Source: Felis catus (Eukaryota). Taken from it: a stretch of DNA of 60,000 nt. The stretch is from NCBI RefSeq assembly GCF_018350175.1, contig NC_058369.1, positions 436,001 to 496,000 on the forward strand. Reading direction: 5' to 3'. The position numbers were made by a program, and so were the translations under genes. A model generated the notes under the pieces. It did not search any database, was not told the origin of the DNA, and worked only from the letters and a program-made list of their open reading frames with translations. This document shows positions 51,101-60,000 of the stretch, piece by piece (the first letter of the stretch is position 1; each line of letters begins with the position of its first letter).

Positions 51101-51823
51101 GGTACCGAGCCCAGCTCCCCGCGGAGGTGGGCGACCGCTCGGGTTTCCCCCTGATCCTGCGCCGCCCCTCCCCGCTCCCGTCCCCCAGGACGCGCTCAGG
51201 CTGAGCTCCGTTCCAGCCCCTGACAGCGGTGCCCCTAACAGCAAATACTATTTCTTCCTTCTGGGAACCGGGTGTCGCGGGGCGGCCACCTCGCGCCGCC
51301 CAGACACCTGGCAGGCAGGTGTGCACCACACCCAGGAGATGGACGGACGGGTGGCGTTCTACTCCTCCGTAACCAGGAGACTGAAATCTTTCGCTTCCTG
51401 TTTGTGGAGTGCCCTGCACAGGGCCTGGCTAACGGCTCAAGAAATGCACACTCTTGAAATTATCGGGTTCACCCTCAAGTCACCTGTTACTTGCAAAGGA
51501 GGGGAAAAAAATTTTTCCCAGCGGAGAGGCAGGCAGATGTCCCTTTGACCTGGAGAGTAAATCCAGCCTGGCTGTGGGGAGGCTCTGTGAGTTTCTCACG
51601 TGTCCAGCAGAGGTCCCAGCCCACTGGGCTCCTGAGCAAGTGAAATGTAGCAACTTGTTTTTATTAGTGTAATTTACATTGAAAAGGTCGCGTAGAGTCT
51701 AGAGTTTACTGCCGTGTTCTAGAAACTCACCAAAGCCAGTGCAATTTCACCCAGCGTCCACACTGCATGGCTAGCCGCTGGCCAGCCACCAGCATCCCTG
51801 GAAAGCCACGGTCATGAAAATAA

Positions 51824-51894
51824 AAAGAAAAGAGGAAGGAAGGAAGGAAGGAAGGGAGGGAGGGAGGGAGGGAGGGAGGGAGGGAGGGAGAGAG

Positions 51895-51949
<55 letters not shown>

Positions 51950-51960
51950 GAAAGAAGAAA
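51824..51960 (+). repeat. Compound polypurine microsatellite (GGAA)n(GGGA)n(GAAA)n
   Basis: About 135 nt of purine-only sequence with tetranucleotide runs. Confidence 0.95.
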
Positions 51961-51988
51961 TGGCCAAGGAAAGTTCTAGGTCTAAACC

Positions 51989-52564
51989 TGAAAGACCCCT
52001 GCTTAGCTTAATAACACACCCCCACCCTATCTTCAGCTTTGGTAACGCCTCACTTGCAGGGCTTGTACTTCCACACATAAGTAACAAAACCAGTTGGCAA
52101 ACAGGATATCTGCGGTTAGACATCCGGGCCCCGGGAGAACTGGACCCCGGGAGAACTGGACCCCCACCTTCCCCACCGCAAGACAGGTACAGGTTGCTAC
52201 ATAAATAACCGCTTTCATTTCGCTTCTGTAAAACTGCTTACGCGCCCAACCCTAGCCGGCAAGTCCCCAGCCGCTTCGCAACCCGGGCTCCAAGTTGCAT
52301 CAGCCGAAGGAAACTTCATTTCCCAAGCATCCCCAGGACACAATTACCCCCACCCCTAACCACCACCAAGAAGAGAGCCTACCACCAGCCTGTATGCAAA
52401 TGTAACTCAAATGGTATAAAAGACCTGTAACCTCGCTTACCGGGGCTCTCCCGCTTTCTATCACTGGGGATCCCTGGTGCACCAGTAAAGACTCTCTACC
52501 GAAATCGGAGTGCCGTGTGGTTCCTCGCGCCAAATCTCGTTCCCTAGGGACGTGGGTCCCAACA
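51989..52564 (+). repeat. 5' LTR (576 bp)
   Basis: Begins TGAAAGACCCC and ends CCCAACA just before the PBS. Enhancer core AACAGGATATCTGCGGTTA 52100-52118, TATAAAA 52415-52421, poly(A) signal AGTAAA 52484-52489. Candidate left TSD AACC 51985-51988. Confidence 0.92.
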
Positions 52565-52566
52565 TT

Positions 52567-52584
52567 TGGTGCGTTGGCCGGGAA
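52567..52584 (+). other. Primer binding site for tRNA-Gly
   Basis: TGGTGCGTTGGCCGGGAA is complementary to the 3' 18 nt of mammalian tRNA-Gly(UCC) (TTCCCGGCCAACGCACCA). Confidence 0.92.
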
Positions 52585-52999
52585 GGGAGAGGCGGCCGGA
52601 GAACCCCGGCCCCGTCGGTAGACGACTATTCGGCCCGGGCCACCACTGACGGACTGACCGAGGACGGACCTTTGTACCTTTGTCTGCACACAGGTATTGT
52701 GTTCTGTCTCTGTACTCTGAACTCTGAGGCCGGCCGGCCACCTCAGTTGGAGTGTTGAAGGAGGACAGACGTGTCCTGAACCTTCACACCCCGGCCCCGG
52801 GGGACGCCTCGGTGGTGCTGGTGAAGGAGAACTGACGAGTTCGTCAGACTCCTCAAATCCGAAGGCAGGCCTCCCCTGCCATCTGAATACCTGGCCGCGC
52901 GGCTCCTTGTTTGTTGTCTAGTTTGTGTTGTCTGATCTGTATCGACATTGTAGTTATATTCGTGTGTGAGTGTGCATGCGTGGTCGGGACGACGCAGCC

Positions 53000-54639
53000 A
53001 TGGGACAGACGCTGACTACTCCTCTATCATTGACTCTCATTTTTCGGACGTCCAGGCAAGAGCCCACAATCTGTCCGTTGAGGTTCGAAAAGGTCGATGG
53101 CGAACTTTTTGTTCGTCGGAGTGGCCCACCCTTCACGTAGGGTGGCCCCGGGACGGGACTTTTGACCTCTCTGTTATATTACAGGTTAAGATGAAGGTAA
53201 TGGATCCTGGACCACAAGGTCATCCAGATCAAGTGGCCTATATCCTCACCTGGGAGGATCTCATCCGGAATCCTCCGGCATGGGTGAAACCCTTCCTCCC
53301 TTCCTGCCCCACATCTCAGTCTACCCTCCTTCCCCTGGAGACTTCAAAAAACCGAGCCTCAACCCAAACTTCAGATCCGCCCAAACCAGTTCTTCCTGAC
53401 GAGTCCCAAAGGGACCCTCTCCTCCTAGACGCTTTGTCTTCGCCGCCCCACAATCCCCTCTTACAACCTCCACCCTATAATTTACCCCTGGCCCCCGTCT
53501 TGTCCCCGGTGGCCCCTACTTCCCCTTCTGCCCCTAGTTCCTCCTCCCCCTCCCCAACTTCCTCCCCCGCCTACACGTCAGCCCCATCCTCTACTCCAGC
53601 CCCACCCGATCTAACTCCCCAGACCCCACCTCGGACCCCCCGCCTCCGTCTCCGGCGATCGGACGACCCGAACGGCCCTCCCACTTGGCAATCTTCCCTG
53701 TTTCCTCTCCGGACTGTCAACCGGACTGTCCAGTACTGGCCATTTTCTGCATCTGATCTTTACAATTGGAAAACTCATAACCCTTCCTTTTCCCAAGAAC
53801 CCCAAGCCCTAACCTCACTGATAGAATCTATCCTTCTCACACACCAGCCTACTTGGGACGACTGTCAGCAGCTCTTACAAGTCCTTTTGACTACCGAGGA
53901 AAGGCAACGAGTTCTCCTAGAGGCTCGGAAAAATGTGCCGGGGCCCGGAGGTCTTCCAACTCAGCTCCCCAACGAAATAGATGAGGGGTTTCCCCTCACC
54001 CGCCCGGACTGGGACTATGAAACGGCTCCAGGTAGGGAGAGTCTCCGAATCTATCGCCAGGCTCTGTTGGCGGGTCTCAAGGGGGCAGGAAAACGGCCCA
54101 CCAATTTGGCCAAGGTAAGGACCATAATCCAGGGAAAAGAGGAAAGCCCCGCAGCCTTTATGGAACGGCTTCTAGAGGGGTTTCGGATGTATACTCCATT
54201 TAACCCCGAGGCTCCAGAACATAAGGCTACCGTGGCCATGTCATTCATAGATCAGGCAGCGTCTGATATAAAAGGAAAACTCCAAAGGCTAGATGGGATT
54301 CAAACCTATGGGTTGCAGGAACTAGTTAGGGAGGCAGAAAAGGTATATAACAAAAGGGAGACCCCAGAGGAAAAGGAGGCTAGGCTAGCAAAAGAGCAGG
54401 AAGCACGGGAGGAACGGAGAGATCGAAAGAGAGATAAACATCTAACCAAAATCCTGGCAGCTGTAGTGACAGAAAACAGAACAGGAAAGTCAGGGGGAAC
54501 GAAGAGGCGGCCCAAGGTAGAAAAAGACCAGTGCGCCTATTGCAAAGAACGCGGGCACTGGATCAAAGACTGCCCTAAGCGTCCCAGGGACTCAAAGAAA
54601 CCTGCCTCTGTGCTCGCCTTAGGCGAAGAGAGCGAATAG
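53000..54639 (+). pseudogene. gag: gag polyprotein (MA-p12-CA-NC), frameshifted after about codon 13
   Basis: The authentic start [13 protein letters not shown] at 53000 shifts out of frame at about 53035-53040 and stops at 53138-53140. The remainder is open in another frame: PPPY late domain, [30 protein letters not shown], zinc knuckle [17 protein letters not shown] 54637-54639. Confidence 0.92.
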
Positions 54640-57600
54640 GGATGTCAGGGCTCCGGAGCCCCCCCCCCCCCGAGCCCCGGCTAACCCTATCTGTAGGGGG
54701 GCATCCCACCACCTTCCTGGTGGACACAGGAGCTCAACACTCGGTCTTAACCAAGGCAAACGGGCCTCTGTCCTCTCGTACCTCTTGGGTCCAAGGAGCG
54801 ACAGGAAGGAAAATTCACAAATGGACTAACCGCCGTACAGTTGACTTAGGGCAAGGGACGGTGACACACTCCTTTCTGGTAGTACCCGAATGCCCATACC
54901 CCCTTCTAGGACGAGACCTCCTAACCAAGCTTGGAGCTCAGATCCACTTCTCCAAAGCGGGGGCCCAAGTGCTAAACCGGGACGGCCAGCCTATCCAAGT
55001 TTTAACTGTGTCCTTACAAGACGAACACAGACTCTTTGAAACCCCGGTCACCACTAACCTCCTCGAAGCCTGGCTGCAGGATTTTCCCCAGGCCTGGGCA
55101 GAAACGGGAGGGCTCGGTCGAGCCAAATGCCAAGTCCCAATCATAATTGACCTAAAGCCCACGGCAATGCCTGTATCTATCAGACAATATCCCATGAGCA
55201 AGGAGGCTCATATGGGCATTCAGCCACACATTACCAGATTTCTAGAGCTTGGGGTCCTGCGACCTTGCCGCTCACCCTGGAATACCCCTCTTTTGCCAGT
55301 AAAAAAACCTGGCACCCGGGATTACAGGCCCGTCCAAGATTTAAGAGAAGTCAACAAAAGGACAATGGACATCCACCCTACGGTCCCCAATCCCTATAAC
55401 TTGCTCAGCACCCTGAGCCCAGACCACACTTGGTACACAGTACTAGACCTAAAAGATGCATTCTTTTGTTTACCCCTGGCCCCCCAGAGCCAGGAACTGT
55501 TTGCCTTCGAATGGAGGGACCCTGAAAGAGGAATTTCAGGCCAATTAACCTGGACCCGCTTACCCCAAGGGTTCAAAAACTCCCCCACTCTCTTCGATGA
55601 GGCTCTTCACAGGGACCTGACTGACTTCCGGACCCAACACCCAGAAGTAACTCTACTCCAATATGTGGATGACCTTCTTCTGGCCGCCCCCACAAAGGAA
55701 GCCTGCATACTAGGTACCAGACATCTGCTCCGGGAATTAGGAGAAAAAGGATACCGGGCATCCGCCAAAAAGGCCCAAATTTGCCAAACCAAGGTAACCT
55801 ACCTGGGGTACATACTGAGTGAGGGAAAAAGATGGCTCACCCCTGGGCGTATAGAGACTGTGGCTCGTATCCCGCCGCCCCAGAACCCCAGAGAGGTACG
55901 TGAATTCCTGGGAACTGCTGGGTTCTGTCGCTTATGGATACCTGGATTCGCTGAGCTAGCCGCCCCCCTCTATGCCCTCACGAAAGAGAGTGCACCCTTC
56001 ACCTGGCAGGAAAAACATCAGTCGGCCTTTGAGGCCCTAAAAAAGGCCCTCCTCTCCGCCCCGGCTCTCGGGTTACCAGACACCTCCAAGCCCTTTATCC
56101 TCTTCCTAGACGAGAGACAAGGAATTGCCAAAGGAGTCCTAACCCAAAAATTAGGGCCCTGGAAGAGGCCAGTAGCATACCTGTCCAAAAAGTTGGACCC
56201 TGTGGCAGCCGGGTGGCCCCCATGTCTTCGTATCATGGCAGCCACTGCTATGCTGGTCAAGGACTCTGCCAAATTAACCCTTGGACAGCCACTAACTGTT
56301 ATCACCCCGCATGCTTTAGAGGCCATAGTGCGGCAGCCACCGGACCGATGGATAACCAACGCACGCCTAACTCACTATCAGGCCCTCCTACTGGACACGG
56401 ACCGCGTCCAATTTGGCCCTCCGGTTACCTTAAACCCTGCCACGTTGCTACCGGCGCCAGAAGACCAACCGAGCGCACACGATTGCCGGCAGGTACTGGC
56501 TGAGACCCATGGGACACGGGAAGACCTTAAAGATCAAGAGCTCCCAGATGCGGATCACTCTTGGTATACGGACGGGAGCAGTTACATCGACTCAGGTACC
56601 CGGAGGGCGGGAGCGGCGGTAGTAGATGGCCACCACATCATATGGGCACAACCACTACCTCCTGGTACGTCTGCACAAAAGGCTGAGCTGATAGCGCTCA
56701 CCAAGGCCCTAGAACTATCCGAAGGGAAAAAGGCCAACATATACACAGATAGCCGATATGCCTTTGCAACGGCTCATACACATGGGAGTATTTATGAAAG
56801 AAGGGGCCTACTGACCTCAGAAGGAAAAGAAATTAAAAACAAAGCTGAAATAATTGCATTATTAAAGGCCCTTTTTCTTCCCCAAAAAGTAGCCATAATT
56901 CATTGCCCCGGGCATCAGAAAGGACAAGACCCAATTGCAATAGGAAATAGACAGGCGGACCAAGTGGCCAGGCAAGTCGCTGTGGCGGAAACGTTGACCC
57001 TGGCCACAAAACCCGAAGAGACCGATCTTACGACCGTCATACATACTTATACCCCAGAAGACCAGGAAGAAGCAAAGGCCATAGGGGCTATACAGAACCA
57101 AAACACTAAAGACTGGGAAAAAGAAGGAAAGATAGTCCTTCCCCAAAAAGAAGCCCTGGCAATGATCCAACAAATGCACGCCTGGACACACTTAAGTAGT
57201 CAGAAGCTGAAGTTACTGATTGAAAAAACTGACTTCTTAATCCCTAAGGCAAGCACCCTCATAGAACAGGTAACCTCCGCCTGTAAGGTCTGTCAACAGG
57301 TAAACGCTGGGGCTACCCGAGTACCCGAAGGGAAACGGACTCGTGGTAACCGCCCAGGAGTCTATTGGGAAATAGACTTTACTGAAGTAAAGCCTCACTA
57401 TGCGGGATATAAGTACCTACTAGTGTTTGTAGACACCTTTTCAGGATGGGTAGAAGCCTACCCCACCCGACAAGAAACGGCACACATGGTAGCCAAGAAG
57501 ATTTTAGAAGAAATCTTCCCCCAGATTTGGACTTCCCAAGGTAATTGGGTCAGATAACGGGCCGGCCTTCGTTTCCCAGGTAAGTCAGGGACTCGCCAGG

Positions 57601-58216
57601 ACGTTGGGGATTAATTGGAAATTACATTGTGCCTATAGACCCCAGAGCTCAGGACAGGTAGAAAGAATGAATAGAACAATAAAAGAGACCCTTACTAAAT
57701 TGACCTTAGAGACTGGCTTAAAAGATTGGAGACGCCTCCTATCTCTGGCTTTGTTAAGAGCCCGAAATACGCCCAACCGTTTCGGGCTCACCCCATATGA
57801 AATCCTTTATGGAGGACCCCCCCCCTTTGTCAACCTTGCTCAATTCCTTCTCCCCCTCCGATCCTAAGACTGACTTACAGGCCCGACTAAAAGGGCTGCA
57901 AGCGGTGCAGGCCCAAATCTGGACACCCCTGGCCGAACTGTATCGGCCAGGACATCCACAAACTAGCCACCCATTTCAGGTAGGAGACTCCGTGTACGTC
58001 CGGCGGCACCGCTCTCAAGGATTGGAGCCTCGTTGGAAGGGACCTTACATCGTCCTGCTGACCACGCCCACCACCATAAAGGTTGACGGGATCGCCACCT
58101 GGATTCGTGCATCGCACGCCAAGGCAGCCCCAAGGACCCCTGGACCGGAAACTCCTGAAACCTGGAAGCTCCACCGTTCGGAGGACCCTCTTAAGATAAG
58201 ACTCTCCCGTGTCTGA
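54640..58216 (+). pseudogene. pol: pro-pol (protease, RT, RNase H, integrase) with three frameshifts
   Basis: [52 protein letters not shown]. Frame changes at C runs 54659-54671, 57518-57522 and 57817-57825. Ends KIRLSRV* at 58216. Confidence 0.92.
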
Positions 58217-58250
58217 CTGCTAATCCACCTTGTCCCTGTACAAACCCAAA

Positions 58251-59144
58251 ATGAAACTCCCAACAGGAATGATCTTCCTGTGGGCCCTAACAAGCTTGGG
58301 GGCAGGAATTGGGGCTAAAAATGTCGGGAAGGGGAACCCACACCAGGTTTATACCTTGACTTGGCAGGTCTACTCCCAGAGTGGGGAAGTTGTCTGGGAG
58401 GTCCAAGGCAACCATGCACTTAATACTTGGTGGCCTCCACTAACCCCTGACTTCTGCCAACTGGCAGCTGGATTAGACACTTGGGATATCCCAACTAAAA
58501 GCCCCAAGGACCTGCAGACCCACATGGGAGAAAGAACCCAACAAATGACTGCCCATGGATGCAGTAGTCCCACTGCCAGGTGTAGATTAGCCCAAGCAGA
58601 ATTCTATGTCTGCCCCCGAGACAATAGAGATAGGGCCACTGCACACCGATGTGGGGGATATGAAGAATATTTCTGCGCGGCATGGGGCTGCGAAACTACT
58701 GGCGATGCCTACTGGCAACCAACCTCTTCCTGGGACTTAATTACCATTACAAGAAATTACACCAAACCTGACCCCGATGGACACACTTGCTACTATAAAA
58801 AGGGCACTGAAGGGTATCATCATTGGGAAAGTCCCCTGTCCCTACCTCTTAAAATTACCTTTACGGATTCAGGAAAACGGGCTCTCGGATGGCAAACGGG
58901 CTATACATGGGGACTCCGATGGTATCTACCAGGAAAAGATAGAGGAGTTATTCTAAAAATAAAATTAAAAATAGATACCATCACTCAACCCGTAGGCCCC
59001 AACCTAGTATTGGCCGATCAGAAGGTCCCGGTCCAGCTAGCCATCCCAGTCCAGCCACCAAAGGCCCCAACTCAGACACCGAGGGTCAGCCCTGCTAATT
59101 CCACTCTAAGCCCTAATCTAGGATACTCAACTTCCCCCTCTTGA
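58251..59144 (+). CDS. env: Truncated envelope, 297 aa (signal peptide, receptor-binding domain, proline-rich region); Refrex-1-type soluble restriction factor
   Basis: ATG 58251 in AAAATGA context. Hydrophobic leader, NPHQ motif, FYVCP and WGCETTG gammaretroviral SU motifs, PRR starting GPN, TGA at 59142-59144 before PGTGDRLL. Confidence 0.88.
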   Translation: MKLPTGMIFLWALTSLGAGIGAKNVGKGNPHQVYTLTWQVYSQSGEVVWEVQGNHALNTWWPPLTPDFCQLAAGLDTWDIPTKSPKDLQTHMGERTQQMTAHGCSSPTARCRLAQAEFYVCPRDNRDRATAHRCGGYEEYFCAAWGCETTGDAYWQPTSSWDLITITRNYTKPDPDGHTCYYKKGTEGYHHWESPLSLPLKITFTDSGKRALGWQTGYTWGLRWYLPGKDRGVILKIKLKIDTITQPVGPNLVLADQKVPVQLAIPVQPPKAPTQTPRVSPANSTLSPNLGYSTSPS

Positions 59145-60000
59145 CCGGGCACGGGAGACAGACTCCTAAACCTTGTACAAGGGGCATACTTAACTCTCAA
59201 CCTCACGGCCCCAATCAAACTCAGAGCTGTTGGCTCTGTCTAACTGCTAAACCCCCTTACTATCAGGGAGTTGCTATAATTGGAAATTTTACTAACCACA
59301 CTAATGCCCCACTGAAATGTAACTCTACACCTCGACACGGCCTCACTTTAACTGAAGTCACCGGCCAAGGCCTATGTATTGGCAAGATTCCACCCTCACA
59401 CCAGAATCTCTGCAGCCAGACCGTAACATCAGTCGGGCAGGGCCCCTATTATCTGACCGCTCCCAACGGAACATACTGGGTCTGTAACACCGGACTCACA
59501 CCATGCATCTCACTCCAGGTACTCAATACTACTACAGATGATTGCATCCTAATTGAACTTTGGCCAAAAATCTTCTACCATGACTCAGAATATATTTATG
59601 GCCATTACGAACCCGGCAGCAGATTCCGGAGAGAACCAGTTTCCCTCACCGTAGCACTGCTTCTAGGAGGATTAACCATGGGGAGTTTAGCAGCTGGCAT
59701 AGGGACAGGCACCGCAGCTCTCATAGAGACTAATCAGTTCAAGCAATTACAAATTGCTATGCACTCTGACATACAGGCACTAGAAGAATCCATCTCGGCG
59801 CTAGAAAGATCCCTAACCTCCCTCTCAGAGGTGGTCTTACAAAATCGGAGGGGACTTGACCTGTTGTTCTTACGAGAAGGTGGATTATGTGCTGCCCTCA
59901 AAGAAGAGTGCTGCTTTTATGCTGATCACACAGGAATAGTGAGAGACAGTATGGCCAAGCTGAGGGAAAGACTCAAACAGAGACAAAAACTGTTTGAATC
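59145..60000 (+). pseudogene. env: Untranslated remainder of env (C-terminal SU and TM)
   Basis: [13 protein letters not shown], a 1-nt deletion at 59209-59212, then CWLC, furin site RFRR 59621-59632, fusion peptide [13 protein letters not shown] and [30 protein letters not shown]. Confidence 0.9.

Larger units (their letters stand above)
51989..60000 (+). mobile_element. Endogenous gammaretrovirus provirus, ERV-DC family (probably ERV-DC16, genotype II); continues beyond the window
   Basis: LTR-PBS-gag-(TAG)-pol-env order, RD-114/ERV-DC-type Gag-Pol, tRNA-Gly PBS, MLV-type Env starting MKLPTGM, few inactivating lesions. Locus name from recall of the published truncated-Env and D431 features. 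Confidence 0.92.

Noticed and set aside
51812..52123. Lys/Glu/Arg-rich and Phe/Leu/Ser-rich ORFs
   Set aside because: Translations of the purine microsatellite.
52966..54639. 557-aa ORF as an intact gag or glyco-gag
   Set aside because: Its GTG start and first residues are an alternative frame of the leader. The true MGQ start is out of frame, so canonical Gag cannot be made.
51989..60000. Assignment to endogenous FeLV or RD-114
   Set aside because: The tRNA-Gly PBS and Gag sequence differ from FeLV, which uses tRNA-Pro. The Env has an MLV-type RBD/PRR rather than the betaretrovirus-derived RD-114 Env.

Overview
GC-rich mammalian genomic DNA, almost certainly Felis (domestic cat or close relative), judged from Felis-type Can-SINEs and an ERV-DC-family provirus. 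The gene order matches human 19p13.3. It contains the last six coding exons and long 3' UTR of ARID3A (+), complete WDR18 (+, 10 exons, 432 aa), complete GRIN3B (+, 9 exons, 1065 aa) and complete TMEM259/membralin (-, 11 exons, 617 aa), whose 3' end overlaps GRIN3B. A U6 snRNA gene with intact promoter elements lies head-to-head with TMEM259. From 51989 to the window end is a young gammaretroviral provirus: 5' LTR, tRNA-Gly PBS, frameshifted gag and pol, and an env truncated by a stop after 297 codons that leaves a signal peptide plus receptor-binding domain. This matches the co-opted soluble restriction factor Refrex-1, most likely the ERV-DC16 locus; that identification is from recall and was not checked by a search. 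Almost all ORFs in the supplied track are spurious products of high GC content.
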